A stretch of DNA of 64,000 nt from Dehalococcoidia bacterium (lineage in GTDB: Bacteria > Chloroflexota > Dehalococcoidia > DSTF01 > WHTK01), in NCBI GenBank assembly GCA_965225815.1, contig CBDDBP010000006.1, positions 2,956 to 66,955 of the forward strand, written 5' to 3'. The first letter of the stretch is position 1; each line of letters starts with the position of its first letter. Of this stretch, positions 25,764 through 35,543 are shown in pieces. Under the pieces are notes generated by a model. That model worked only from the letters and a program-made list of their open reading frames with translations, did no database searches and was not told the DNA's origin. The position numbers were made by a program, and so were the translations under genes.

Positions 25764-26930
25764 ATGGATCTCAGCAGCAGCGAAGAGCAACGAGCGATCC
25801 GTGCCGGCGTGCGCGAGTTGTGCAAAGCGTTCCCGGGCGAGTACTGGCGCGAGACCGATGCCAATCAGCGCTATCCGGAGGAGTTCGTCCGGGCGCTGAC
25901 GGAAGCGGGCTGGCTGGCGGCGCTTATCCCATCCGAGTACGGCGGGGCCGGTCTTAGCCTTTCCGACGCCTGCATCATTCCGGAGGAAATCAACCGCAGC
26001 GGCGGCCTGGCAGCCGTTGCGCATGCCCAGATGTACATCATGGGTACGTTGCTACGGCACGGCAGCGATGAGCAGAAACGCCGCTATTTGCCGGCTATCG
26101 CCAGTGGCGAGTTGCGCCTTCAGGCGTTCGGCGTCACGGAGCCGGACGCGGGATCGGAAACGACGCGAATCAAGACCTTCGCTCGCAAGTCAGGCGACAC
26201 GTATGTGGTCAACGGACAGAAGGTGTTCATTTCGCGCGCCCAGCACTCGGACCTCATGCTGCTCCTGGCCCGTACCACGCCGTATGAGGAGTTGAGCGAC
26301 AAGACGCGCGGCCTGAGCGTCTTCCTCGTCGACCTGCGCGAGGCGCTCGCCAACAAGCAGGTCGAGATTACGCCTCTCGACATGATGATCAACCACCACA
26401 CGACGCAGATATTCATCGACGACCTGGAAGTGCCGGCGGCGAACCTGGTCGGCCAGGAGGGCGAGGGGTTCCGCCATATCATCGACGGCTGGAACGCGGA
26501 GCGCATTCTGATTGCCTCTCAATCGGTGGGTGATGGGCAGTGGTTCATCGAAAAGGCCGCGCGCTACGCTTCGGAGCGTGTCGTCTTCGACCGGCCGATC
26601 GGGGCGAACCAGGGCGTGCAGCATCCGATCGCGCAGGCCTACGCGAACGTCGAAGCGGCGGCGCTGATGCGCGACAAGGCGGCGGGACTGTTCGACGCGG
26701 GGGAGAGCTGCGGCGCGGAGGCGAACATGGCGAAGCTTTTGGCGAGCCAGGCGGCCTGGGCGGCGGCGAACGCCTGCATGGACACGCACGGCGGCTACGG
26801 CTTCGCGAGGGAGTACGACGTGGAGCGCAAGTTCCGCGAGACGCGGTTGTATATCACGGCGCCGGTGAGCAACAACATGGTGCTGAACTTCGTGGGGCAG
26901 AACGTGCTGGGGATGCCGCGTAGCTACTAG
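25764..26930 (+). CDS. Acyl-CoA dehydrogenase
   Basis: 388 aa. Motifs GVTEPDAGSE, QKVFISRA and YITAPVSNNMVLNF. Confidence 0.9.
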   Translation: MDLSSSEEQRAIRAGVRELCKAFPGEYWRETDANQRYPEEFVRALTEAGWLAALIPSEYGGAGLSLSDACIIPEEINRSGGLAAVAHAQMYIMGTLLRHGSDEQKRRYLPAIASGELRLQAFGVTEPDAGSETTRIKTFARKSGDTYVVNGQKVFISRAQHSDLMLLLARTTPYEELSDKTRGLSVFLVDLREALANKQVEITPLDMMINHHTTQIFIDDLEVPAANLVGQEGEGFRHIIDGWNAERILIASQSVGDGQWFIEKAARYASERVVFDRPIGANQGVQHPIAQAYANVEAAALMRDKAAGLFDAGESCGAEANMAKLLASQAAWAAANACMDTHGGYGFAREYDVERKFRETRLYITAPVSNNMVLNFVGQNVLGMPRSY

Positions 26931-27012
26931 TAAAGCCGGGGGAACCCCGGACCCCCCTGAAGGCGGCGCCGAGTGCGTTGGGCGTGGCTTCGCGGGGCGT
27001 TTGGTGCGTTGC

Positions 27013-27038
27013 GGACGGAGCTGAAGCTTCGTCCCTAC
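27013..27038 (-). repeat. REP copy 7
   Basis: Consensus 26-mer. Confidence 0.8.
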
Positions 27039-27119
27039 GAGGCGGTTTTGCCTCGCGTGACGTTCCCGGAGGCGGTGGCGGACTGCGGTGGGGTTGTAGT
27101 TGGGCGTTTGGTGCGTTGC

Positions 27120-27145
27120 GGACGGAGCTGAAGCTTCGTCCCTAC
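27120..27145 (-). repeat. REP copy 8
   Basis: Consensus 26-mer. Confidence 0.8.
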
Positions 27146-27310
27146 GAGGTGCTCGTGCCTCGCGTGGCGTTCCCGAAGGCGGTGGCGGGAGTCGTGGCGA
27201 GGATGCGCACATGCGGCTGACGCTGCGGTATGGTTGGGGTCGACCTCGTGTCGAAGAGCGTCCTGGGAAGATTGATAACCGGGGCTCGGCGCAGGATGGA
27301 GGATGCAGGC

Positions 27311-28063
27311 ATGGGTAGGCTGGATGGCAAGGTGGCGCTGATCAGCGGCGGAGCCAAGGGGCAGGGCGCCTGCGAGGCGCGGATGTTCAGCGCTGAGGGC
27401 GCGAAGGTGGTTTTCGGCGATATTCTGGACGACCTGGGCAGTGCGGTTGAGGCGGATCTGCGCGGCAGCGGTGCCGAGGTGACGTACGTGCACCTGGACG
27501 TGACTAAAGAATCCGATTGGCAGAACGCAATCGAAGTGGCGGAGCGGCAGTACGGCCGGCTCAATGTACTGGTGAACAATGCGGGGATCCTGCTATACGG
27601 CGGGATCGAGGAGACGAGCGAAGCAGACTGGGACCGGATCATGTCGGTCAACGTCAAAGGTGTGTTCCTCGGCACGAAGGCGGCGCTGCCGGCGCTGCGG
27701 CGCGCGGGCGGCGGTTCGATCGTGAATATTTCTTCGACGGCTGGACTGGTGGGAAGCGCGGTATCGTCGGCGTACGCTTCGACGAAGGGGGCGGTGCGGC
27801 TGTTCACGAAGTCGACGGCGGTGCAGCACGTGGGAGACAACATCCGCTGCAACTCGATACATCCGGGGCCGATCGAGACGGACATGATCGCCGAGATGCA
27901 GGCGGACGAGGCGGGCTGGCAGACGCGTTTGCGTAACCTGCCGATGGGCCGCGCCGGCAAGCCGGAGGAGGTGGCTTACGGCGTCATCTTCCTAGCGTCT
28001 GATGAGTCTTCCTACATTACGGGCAGTGAACTGGTGATTGATGGTGGGACCACGGCGCAGTAG
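27311..28063 (+). CDS. Short-chain dehydrogenase/reductase (SDR)
   Basis: Motifs GKVALISGGAKGQG, NNAG and YASTKGAV. ATG at 27311 follows GGAGGA. Confidence 0.9.
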   Translation: MGRLDGKVALISGGAKGQGACEARMFSAEGAKVVFGDILDDLGSAVEADLRGSGAEVTYVHLDVTKESDWQNAIEVAERQYGRLNVLVNNAGILLYGGIEETSEADWDRIMSVNVKGVFLGTKAALPALRRAGGGSIVNISSTAGLVGSAVSSAYASTKGAVRLFTKSTAVQHVGDNIRCNSIHPGPIETDMIAEMQADEAGWQTRLRNLPMGRAGKPEEVAYGVIFLASDESSYITGSELVIDGGTTAQ

Positions 28064-28087
28064 CCTGGCGACCCAAGGAGGAGAGAA

Positions 28088-28591
28088 ATGGCAGACAAGC
28101 TAGAGCAATTCGCGGCGGAATGCAGCAATGCGCTGAAGACAGAGCCGGGACCCGCGGGGCGGGAGAAGGTGCGTACAGCGCTTGAATCGGTGCTGAGCGA
28201 CGGCGAGTTCGTCAAGACGTACCTGGGCGATGGCACCGGATCGCGAGATCTGCTGTACGAAGACCCGGACCTCGGGTTCTGCATCTTCGCCCACGCTTAC
28301 GAAGGCGCCAGTCAGTCTTCGCCGCACGATCACGGCTCAGCCTGGGCGATTTACGGCCAGGGAGTCGGCGAGACGGAGATGACGGATTGGGAGCTGGTTG
28401 AGGCAGCGTCGGAAGACAAGCCAGGTAAAGTACGGCCGGCCAAGACCTACGCATTGAAGCCAGGCATGGCCTGCGTTTACAACGAGGGGCAGCTGCATTC
28501 GCCGCGGCGCGAGGACTCGACGCGTCTGATCCGCATCGAGGGACGGAACATGGACGGGGTGAAGCGACTGCGCTACGAGCCCATCGAGTAA
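28088..28591 (+). CDS. Cupin-fold protein (cysteine dioxygenase type I-like)
   Basis: 167 aa with a SSPHDHGSAWAIYGQ metal-binding-like motif. AAGGAGGAG upstream. Confidence 0.55.
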   Translation: MADKLEQFAAECSNALKTEPGPAGREKVRTALESVLSDGEFVKTYLGDGTGSRDLLYEDPDLGFCIFAHAYEGASQSSPHDHGSAWAIYGQGVGETEMTDWELVEAASEDKPGKVRPAKTYALKPGMACVYNEGQLHSPRREDSTRLIRIEGRNMDGVKRLRYEPIE

Positions 28592-28694
28592 GCTCGGCAT
28601 CTAGTCTGATCCGGCACCAAGACGCGACGGCCGGCTAACCCCGGGACGGCTGCGAGCGCCTCTCGCGTGTGTCGTGTAGCGCGGGAGGAGACTT

Positions 28695-29945
28695 CTGTAC
28701 CGAGGCTGGTGGATAGTCGTTACGGCCTACCTGGCGCAGTTCAATGCGACGGGAGCCAGCGGCTGGGTCTTTGGCGTGATGATCCTGCCGATGCAGGACG
28801 ACCTGGGCTGGAGCCGCAGCGCTATCGTCGGTGTGCTGACGGTGGAGCGCCTGGTCGGCGGGGTGTTTGGGGCGTGGCTGGGTCCGCTGGTCGACCGTCA
28901 CGGGACGAGAATCCTGATGACCGGGAGCGCAGTCCTGGCCGGGGTTTGCATGCTGACGCTTTCGCAGGTGCAGGACGCATGGCAGCCGTATGTGATCTGG
29001 GGTTTGTTCGGGCTGGCGCTGCCGGGACTCTCGACGCTGGCGCCGGTGGCGATGGTGTCGGCGTGGTTCGTGCGCAAGCGGGCCGTGGCGATCATGACCT
29101 ACACATTCGGCGGCGCGACGGCCGGCCTGGTGCTGGCGCCGGCGATGGCGGCGGTGGCGAACACCTGGGGTTGGCGAACCGTGTGGGTGCTGATGGGGTG
29201 CTTCCTGCTGGCGGTTGGGCCAGTCGCCTGGACGGTGGTGCGGCGGCGCCCGGAGGACGTGGGCCTGGCGCCGGACGGCGATCCGCCGCGACCGACACCG
29301 GTAGAGACGCGACGCGCTGAGGCCGCAACCGGGCTGCCGGAGCCGGAGTGGACGGCGCGGCAGGTGGTGAGAAGCGCGACGTTCTGGCTGCTGACGGCGG
29401 GATTCACCCTGACGATGCTGCCAGCGTCGTCGATCTTCATCCACATGACGGCTTACGTTCAGAGCAAGGGCTTTTCGCTGGAAGAGGGCGCGGCGGCGGT
29501 CAGCATCTACGGGTTCGGCGCGATGGCGGGACGCTTCGTCTGGGGTTTCACGGTGGGCCGAGCGGGAATTCGCCGGGCGCTGGTGCTGTGGGGACTGCTC
29601 TACGGCACCAGCATCATCATCTACGCGCTGCCGACCTCGATCATCACGATATACGCGGCGACGGTGTTCCTGGGCATTACGGTGGCGGGTTCGTTGCAGT
29701 TCAGGGCGCAGACATTCCCGGATTACTTCGGGCGACATATCGTCGGGACGCTGGTGGGGTATTCGTTCGCGATCGGGACGGTGGCAGCGGCGACTGCACC
29801 GCTACTGGTGGCGTTCGCGTTCGACCTGACGGGGAACTACACGGCGATTTTCATCACGTTCGGGGCGTGTTGCCTCGCGGCCAGCTTCGGCTTCGCGTTA
29901 GCGCGACCCTGGATGTCGGAACAGGCGATAGCGGCGGGTCGATAG
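28695..29945 (+). CDS. MFS transporter (oxalate/formate antiporter-like)
   Basis: The frame is open from 28680 and has no ATG/GTG/TTG before the conserved YRGWWIV. CTG at 28695 lies 5-6 nt after GGGAGGAG. The track ORF begins only at the internal ATG 28776. Confidence 0.8.
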   Translation: MYRGWWIVVTAYLAQFNATGASGWVFGVMILPMQDDLGWSRSAIVGVLTVERLVGGVFGAWLGPLVDRHGTRILMTGSAVLAGVCMLTLSQVQDAWQPYVIWGLFGLALPGLSTLAPVAMVSAWFVRKRAVAIMTYTFGGATAGLVLAPAMAAVANTWGWRTVWVLMGCFLLAVGPVAWTVVRRRPEDVGLAPDGDPPRPTPVETRRAEAATGLPEPEWTARQVVRSATFWLLTAGFTLTMLPASSIFIHMTAYVQSKGFSLEEGAAAVSIYGFGAMAGRFVWGFTVGRAGIRRALVLWGLLYGTSIIIYALPTSIITIYAATVFLGITVAGSLQFRAQTFPDYFGRHIVGTLVGYSFAIGTVAAATAPLLVAFAFDLTGNYTAIFITFGACCLAASFGFALARPWMSEQAIAAGR

Positions 29946-29963
29946 CCTGAAGGCAAGACGAGC

Positions 29964-30377
29964 TTAGACGGGATCGAGGGCGACGACCGGTATCTGACGG
30001 CTGGTCTTGGCGCGATACTCGCCGAAGACGGGAACACGCTGGGCCTGGATGTCGAAGATGCGGTCGCGCTCCTCGCCCTGCAGGACTACGGCCTTAGCCT
30101 CGATGACCTCACCGCCAGCGAGCTCGACCTTGACGTCCGGGTGGGCGACAAGGTTGTGATACCAGTCCGGGTTGGTATCGGCGCCGCCCTTGGAGGCGAA
30201 GATGATCATGCGCTGGCCGTCCTGCTGGAAGGCCAGCGGGTTGATGTAGGCCTTACCGCTTTTGGCGCCGGTGTGGTGGAGGAGCAGCAGAGAGTTACCG
30301 CTGAATTGCTCCACGTTGCCCTTGTTGGCACGGAATTCTTCGATAACTTTGCGGTTCCGGTCGTTGAAGTTGGTCAT
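29964..30377 (-). CDS. DUF385 deazaflavin (F420)-dependent nitroreductase-family protein
   Basis: Sequence NRKVIEEFRANKG...LLLLHHTGAKSGK...GGADTNPDWYHNL. Confidence 0.8.
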   Translation of the reverse strand: MTNFNDRNRKVIEEFRANKGNVEQFSGNSLLLLHHTGAKSGKAYINPLAFQQDGQRMIIFASKGGADTNPDWYHNLVAHPDVKVELAGGEVIEAKAVVLQGEERDRIFDIQAQRVPVFGEYRAKTSRQIPVVALDPV

Positions 30378-30531
30378 GGTTCGCTCCGATGAGATGAGGG
30401 CGTGGCGATTTGATATTGGATCAAGCGTAACTTGGCCGCGAGGCGAATGGAAACCTCGAGTGCCCGGTATGGCGGCTCACATCTAGCCGAAGGACGACTA
30501 AACTAGGGCGAATCAGGTGAGGAGGTCAGAA

Positions 30532-31311
30532 ATGGGCGCGCTGGATCTATTCAAGCTGGATGACAAGGTCGCCATCGTTACGGGTGGGGCGAAGGGCATC
30601 GGGTTGTTTTACTCGGAGGCGCTGGCCGAGGCGGGCGCGCGAGTCGTCATCGCCGATATCGACCCGGAGGCGGTGAGAGAGTCGACGGCACGGCTGTCTG
30701 AGGAACACCCGAGTCAGGTCATGGGTTTGGAGCTGGACGTTTCGAGTCGCGCCAGTATCGAGGCGATGGTGCAGGAAGTCGACGAGCGCTGGGGCAGGCT
30801 GGACGTGCTGGTCAACAATGCGGCATTGTTCTCGGTGATTCCGCCGCGACAGTCGGCTTGGGAGATCCCGGAAGCGGAGTGGGACCAGGTGATGGCGGTG
30901 AACGTGCGCGGCGTCTACGACTGCACGGAAGCGTGCCTGGACCTGATGAAGCGCGAGCCGTACGGGCGCGTGATCAACGTGGCGTCCGGGCTGGCGTTCA
31001 AGGGGTCGGCAAATCTGATTCACTACGCCGCGTCCAAGGGTGCGGTGGTCAACCTGACGCGCAGCATGGCGGCCGACCTGGGGCCGACGAAGATCACGGT
31101 GAACGCGATCGCGCCGGGGGCGACGGACAGCCCGACGGTGCTGGCGCAGCGGGCGGCTCACGGGACGACGGCGCGGCGAGCGCAGCGGATCCTGGACCGG
31201 GAAGAGGTGCCGGAGGACCTGCTGGGCACGCTGGTATACCTTTCGTCTCCGGCGAGCGAGTTCGTCACAGGGCAGACGATTGTAGTCGACGGCGGCAGCT
31301 TCCTGCACTAG
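30532..31311 (+). CDS. SDR family oxidoreductase
   Basis: Motifs KVAIVTGGAKGIG, NNAA and YAASKGAV. GAGGAGG upstream. Confidence 0.9.
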   Translation: MGALDLFKLDDKVAIVTGGAKGIGLFYSEALAEAGARVVIADIDPEAVRESTARLSEEHPSQVMGLELDVSSRASIEAMVQEVDERWGRLDVLVNNAALFSVIPPRQSAWEIPEAEWDQVMAVNVRGVYDCTEACLDLMKREPYGRVINVASGLAFKGSANLIHYAASKGAVVNLTRSMAADLGPTKITVNAIAPGATDSPTVLAQRAAHGTTARRAQRILDREEVPEDLLGTLVYLSSPASEFVTGQTIVVDGGSFLH

Positions 31312-31333
31312 CGGGAAGAGGGAGAGCAAACGC

Positions 31334-32083
31334 ATGAGTCAACGCGATGAGGAGCTGCGGGACCTCGTAATCGGAAACAGAGTGCTGAGTAACGAGGGCA
31401 TTGTCGACGCGTACGGGCACATCAGCGTGCGCAATCCGGACGCGCCGGAGCGCTTCTTCCTGTCGCGGTCGCTGGCGCCAGAGTTCGTCGGACTCGAGGA
31501 CATGATCGAGTTTGGCCTGAATGGAGAGGCGGCGGATGGGGATAGCCGCACGCCGTACCTGGAGCGCTTCATCCACAGCGCGATCTACGCGGCGCGACCG
31601 GATGTGATGTCGGTGGTGCACGCGCACGCCGAGGACGTGCTGCCATTCGGGATTTCGAAGCAGCCACTGCTGCCGGTGATCCACTCCGGAGCTTTCATTG
31701 GCGGCGAGGTGCCGGTTTGGGACATCGCGGAGCAATTTGGTGACGCGACGAACCTGCTGGTGACGAACACGGCCCAAGGTGAGGATCTGGCGAAGCGTTT
31801 GGGGTCGAGCCCAGTCGCCCTGATGCGGGGTCACGGCTTCGCTGCGGCGGCGGCTTCGATCATCGACGTGGTGAGGATGTCGATTTACCTGCCGCGCAAC
31901 GCGAGGGCGTTGATCAGGGGCCTGCAGATGGGGGACGTGAAGCCGCTATCGGCGGGCGAGATCGGCGCGAGGACGTCTGGTACGGGATACCGGCCGAATT
32001 CGCCGGAGACGTGGCGAGCGTGGCAGTACTGGGCGTACCGGGCGGGATGCGGCGACATGCTGCCGGAGCAGCCGGGAGGTTAG
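31334..32083 (+). CDS. Class II aldolase/adducin family protein
   Basis: Motifs GHISVRNP, VVHAHAEDV and LMRGHG. Confidence 0.85.
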   Translation: MSQRDEELRDLVIGNRVLSNEGIVDAYGHISVRNPDAPERFFLSRSLAPEFVGLEDMIEFGLNGEAADGDSRTPYLERFIHSAIYAARPDVMSVVHAHAEDVLPFGISKQPLLPVIHSGAFIGGEVPVWDIAEQFGDATNLLVTNTAQGEDLAKRLGSSPVALMRGHGFAAAAASIIDVVRMSIYLPRNARALIRGLQMGDVKPLSAGEIGARTSGTGYRPNSPETWRAWQYWAYRAGCGDMLPEQPGG

Positions 32084-32086
32084 CGG

Positions 32087-33367
32087 ATGCTGAGCGAACG
32101 CGAAAACGACCTTATCACGCACATTGGCGCTGGGACGCCGATGGGCGAGCTGTACCGGCGGTTCTGGCTGCCCGTGCTGGTGGCGGACGAGCTGCCGACG
32201 CCGGACTGCACGCCGGTGCGGATGACGGTGCTGGGCGAGCGGCTGGTGGCGTTCCGGGACACGGAAGGGCGCGTCGGGGTGTTGGACGAGCGTTGTCCGC
32301 ATCGCATGGCGAGCCTGTTCTGGGGCCGAAACGAGGAAGGCGGGCTGCGCTGCGCCTATCACGGCTGGAAGTATGACGTGGAGGGGCGCTGCCTTGACGT
32401 GCCGAACACGCCGGAGGGGGAGAGCTTTCGCGAGAAAGTGGAGCCGTTCGCGGTGTATCCGGCGGTTGAGATGGGCGGGCTGATCTGGGCCTACATGGGG
32501 CCGCCGGAGCAGAAGCCGGAGGTGCCGGACTACGAACTGAACGCGGTGCCGGCGGCGAACCGTTACATCTCGAAGATATTCATCAACGGGAACTGGATGC
32601 AGGGGCTTGAGGGCGACATCGATTCGAGCCACGTGAGCTTCCTGCACGGCCGAGCCGACAGTGCCGTCGCCGATCTGGCGAAGATGGGCCGGATGAACGC
32701 GACGATGTTCCAGGACAAGGCGCCACGATGGTCGTTCAAGGAGACCGGCTACGGGATCATGCTGGCGGCCCAGCGCACCGGCCCGGCCGACACGCTGTAC
32801 TGGCGGGTTAACCAGTGGCTGATGCCTTCATTCACGATGATCGCGGCAAAGCCTGGGACGCCGATCCATTTCCAGGTACGGGTTCCGGTGGATGACGAGC
32901 ACCAGATCTACTATCGGATCATCTGGCACCCGGAGCGGGCGTTGACGGAGTCGGAGCTGTACGCGGCGAAAGAGTCTGGCGTGAACTTTCCGGAGATCAT
33001 TCCGGGGACGTTCTATCCGCGAGAGAATCGGGAGAACAACTTCCTGATCGACCGGGCGCTGCAGAAGAGCGGCACTTCGTTCACGGGGATCAAGTCGATC
33101 CCGGCGCAGGACTGGGCGATGCAGGAGGACCAGGGCGGGCCGATTACGAATCGCTCGATGGAGCATCTGGTGAGCGCGGACGGCGCGATTATCCAGGTGC
33201 GGCAGCGTTTGCTGAAGGCGCTGCGTGAGCTTCAGGAAGGCAGCGAGCCGTTGGAGCCGGCGGTGGTCGGTGAGGACGGCCGGGTGCGGCCGATCGACAT
33301 CGAGCTGGCGAGCGACGTGGACGTTTGGGACGGCGCGGCAGATTACCTGTACGCGAAGACCTGGTAA
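32087..33367 (+). CDS. Rieske [2Fe-2S] oxygenase alpha subunit (phthalate-family, alpha-only type)
   Basis: Rieske motif CPHRMASLFWGRNEEGGLRCAYHGWKY. Mononuclear Fe motif NWMQGLEGDIDSSHVSFLH. Confidence 0.9.
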   Translation: MLSERENDLITHIGAGTPMGELYRRFWLPVLVADELPTPDCTPVRMTVLGERLVAFRDTEGRVGVLDERCPHRMASLFWGRNEEGGLRCAYHGWKYDVEGRCLDVPNTPEGESFREKVEPFAVYPAVEMGGLIWAYMGPPEQKPEVPDYELNAVPAANRYISKIFINGNWMQGLEGDIDSSHVSFLHGRADSAVADLAKMGRMNATMFQDKAPRWSFKETGYGIMLAAQRTGPADTLYWRVNQWLMPSFTMIAAKPGTPIHFQVRVPVDDEHQIYYRIIWHPERALTESELYAAKESGVNFPEIIPGTFYPRENRENNFLIDRALQKSGTSFTGIKSIPAQDWAMQEDQGGPITNRSMEHLVSADGAIIQVRQRLLKALRELQEGSEPLEPAVVGEDGRVRPIDIELASDVDVWDGAADYLYAKTW

Positions 33368-33379
33368 GAGAGGTTTCGA

Positions 33380-34390
33380 TTGCGAATTGCGTTTCTTGAC
33401 CCGTTGGAGCAGCGGCTGAGCGAGTTCCCGAGCCAGTATCTGGCGGGACATGAGGCGATCGTGGCGCCGGAGGCGGGGAAGCTTCCCGAAGGCTACGAGA
33501 GTGCAGATGCGGCGGTGTGGTCGAACTACCCGGTGGATGCGGCGCTGATCGGTTCGATGCCGAATCTGCGGTTCATGCAGCGCATCGGCCTGACGCGGGC
33601 GAAGGGCGACGCGACGGCGGCGCTGAAGGCGGGCGTGCCGGTGAGCGTACTGCCGTACGGCGTGTCGGACCGGGTGGCGCTGCACACGCTGTCGCTGACG
33701 CTTGCGGTGCTGCGTCGGGTGGTGGACGGGCACCAGGCGGTGCATGAGGGGCTGAACCCGGAGGGACTGCCGGAGACGGAGCAGGTGGGGCCGACGCCGA
33801 CGGTGAACTGGGTGCGCTGGCCGGATGTCGACACGTTGAACGACAAGACGGTCGGGATCATCGGATTCGGGGAGATCGGGGCGTGTTTCGCCCGGATGCT
33901 GCCGCCGTTCAACTGCCGGGTGCTTTACCACAAGCGGACTCGGCTGAGTCCGGAGCATGAGGCTTACTACGGCATCGAGTACGCGGGGCTGGACGAGGCG
34001 CTGTCGCAGAGCGACATCGTGGTCTCATTCGTGCCGTACTCAGAGGACAGCCGGAAGATGCTGGGGGCGCGTGAGTTCGGTCTGATGCGGCCGAGCGCGA
34101 TTTTTATCAACACGGGCCGGGCGAACACGGTGGACGAGGCGGCGATGGTCGACGCGTTGCGGACAAAGCGAATCAGGGCGGCCGGGCTGGACGTGTTCCC
34201 GGTGGAGCCGCTGCCGCTGAGCAGCCCGCTGCTGACGCTGGACAACGTGGTGCTGACGCCACACACGGCGGGCGGCGTCTGGGGCTGGCAGAACACGTTC
34301 GAGCGCCTCGCGGAGAACGTGCGGCGCATCGAGGCGGGGGAGCCGGTGATGTATCCAATGGCGGCGGGCGACCCGGAGCCGTTTGGGTAG
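33380..34390 (+). CDS. D-isomer-specific 2-hydroxyacid dehydrogenase
   Basis: GIIGFGEIGACFARML NAD motif, NTGRAN and LTPHTAG. TTG start. Confidence 0.85.
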   Translation: MRIAFLDPLEQRLSEFPSQYLAGHEAIVAPEAGKLPEGYESADAAVWSNYPVDAALIGSMPNLRFMQRIGLTRAKGDATAALKAGVPVSVLPYGVSDRVALHTLSLTLAVLRRVVDGHQAVHEGLNPEGLPETEQVGPTPTVNWVRWPDVDTLNDKTVGIIGFGEIGACFARMLPPFNCRVLYHKRTRLSPEHEAYYGIEYAGLDEALSQSDIVVSFVPYSEDSRKMLGAREFGLMRPSAIFINTGRANTVDEAAMVDALRTKRIRAAGLDVFPVEPLPLSSPLLTLDNVVLTPHTAGGVWGWQNTFERLAENVRRIEAGEPVMYPMAAGDPEPFG

Positions 34391-34590
34391 AGGGCCTGAG
34401 GCTTGAAGCGCGATCTCTGACCGGGGGTTGAAACCCCCGGCATGGCTGCGGACGAAGTTTTGGCCCGCCGCGACCGAATACTGGAGCATGGACCCGAGGC
34501 CGTACTTCCGAAGGGCCGGCGGCAGGTTAAGGCGACAAGCCGGCAGGATCTTCGCATCCCAATATTGTGCGAAATGACACTCGATCGGAA

Positions 34591-35343
34591 CTAGCGAGGT
34601 GTGGGTATCTCGACCTGGCTGTCGTAGTCGAACATCAGGGATAGCTCGCCCGAGAGATTCGGCCCCTTTAGTGTCAAGATATATTCATACACGCGACCGC
34701 TTTCCGCGCCAACTATGAACTCAGCCTCGCCAGACACATCCCGGTACAGTTCCTTCGTGAATGCCTCGACATCCGGCGGAAGCTCAGCTGCGCTTGCGGA
34801 CCTGCCGATGAAGTCCCCATACGTTGGAAGTTCGACTGCCAACCTGATTGTGCTCTCGCCGCTTCTTTCAGGCCCTTCGAACGTTTTCCCATCCGCCGAA
34901 GCGATCTGAGGTATCTGCGGGACAAACGAAAGAATGGTGCCACGAATCTGGCTTGAGTCAGCCGGGCGCCATTGACCCTCAGTCAGCTGCCACGCCTCAT
35001 CACCGATTAGGACATACTCCAAGTCTTTAGTAACGATATGCCAGGAATCGGGACCCTCAAAGGAGATCAGATACTCCCTTGGGGCGTCCTGGTTCGGAAC
35101 TAACGCTTCATAGGTGAAATTGATCACGTCGATGATTCGAAAGTGTTCGGAAGCGGTTAGCTCAGCGATTTCCAGTTTGCCGGTCGATTGGTCATCCCCT
35201 TCCGAACATGAAACCACAAGGGAGAGCAACGCTAACGCGAAAGGCACTACGCGTCTTACTTGGGCTACTACTACCACGATCCGCTCCAGATCCGCGTCGT
35301 AATCCGAATCGTGGATCACGCTGCTGCCGTCCATGAGGAGCAC
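34591..35343 (-). CDS. Hypothetical lipoprotein (low-GC region); start uncertain
   Basis: Lipobox ALLSLVVSC. G+C is lower than in the flanks. The first 25 or so codons (LLMDGSSVIHDSDYDADLERI) look like a YD-repeat remnant, so a GTG near 35280 may be the true start. Confidence 0.5.
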   Translation of the reverse strand: MLLMDGSSVIHDSDYDADLERIVVVVAQVRRVVPFALALLSLVVSCSEGDDQSTGKLEIAELTASEHFRIIDVINFTYEALVPNQDAPREYLISFEGPDSWHIVTKDLEYVLIGDEAWQLTEGQWRPADSSQIRGTILSFVPQIPQIASADGKTFEGPERSGESTIRLAVELPTYGDFIGRSASAAELPPDVEAFTKELYRDVSGEAEFIVGAESGRVYEYILTLKGPNLSGELSLMFDYDSQVEIPTPR

Positions 35344-35543
35344 CGTCTACGCCGGCCACCCCCCACGTAGAGGTAGGTGCCGGAGCCACCGACGCTGCGG
35401 GCCTCCAGCTTGGCGATGCGGCCCGGGCCGAAGGTGTACTGCGCGTTGCCATCGTCCAATACTTGAGGTATCGACCGGTTGACGTCCCAGGTGAAGGTTG
35501 TCGTGTTGCTGTTGAGGGTGCGCGCGTCATGCGGACGTCGCTG
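35316..35543 (-). pseudogene. RHS/YD-repeat protein fragment
   Basis: The frame reads ARTLNSNTTTFTWDVNRSIPQVLDDGNAQYTFGPGRIAKLEARSVGGSGTYLYVGG. It has no start codon and continues after a frame break as LLMDGSSVIHDSDYDA. Confidence 0.4.

Larger units (their letters stand above)
26927..27205. repeat. a-type hairpin plus 2 tandem REP-containing units (116-bp period)
   Basis: tagtaaagccgggggaaccccggaccccc abuts the stop codon. ggcgtttggtgcgttgcggacgg occurs at 26987 and 27103. Confidence 0.85.

Noticed and set aside
4763-27205. Repeat elements after ORFs as integron attC sites / gene cassettes
   Set aside because: There is no intI gene and no GTTRRRY core sites. The flanking genes are on both strands and have their own SDs and promoters. 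The elements fit a REP/BIME-type description better.
34391-34590. Possible transposase or gene fragment downstream of the 2-hydroxyacid dehydrogenase gene (minus-frame text WDAKILPACRLNLPPALRKYGLGSMLQYS)
   Set aside because: It is too short, has no recognisable DDE or HTH motif, and has no start codon. The segment also contains a REP-like hairpin (34421-34440). The evidence is insufficient to call a mobile-element remnant.
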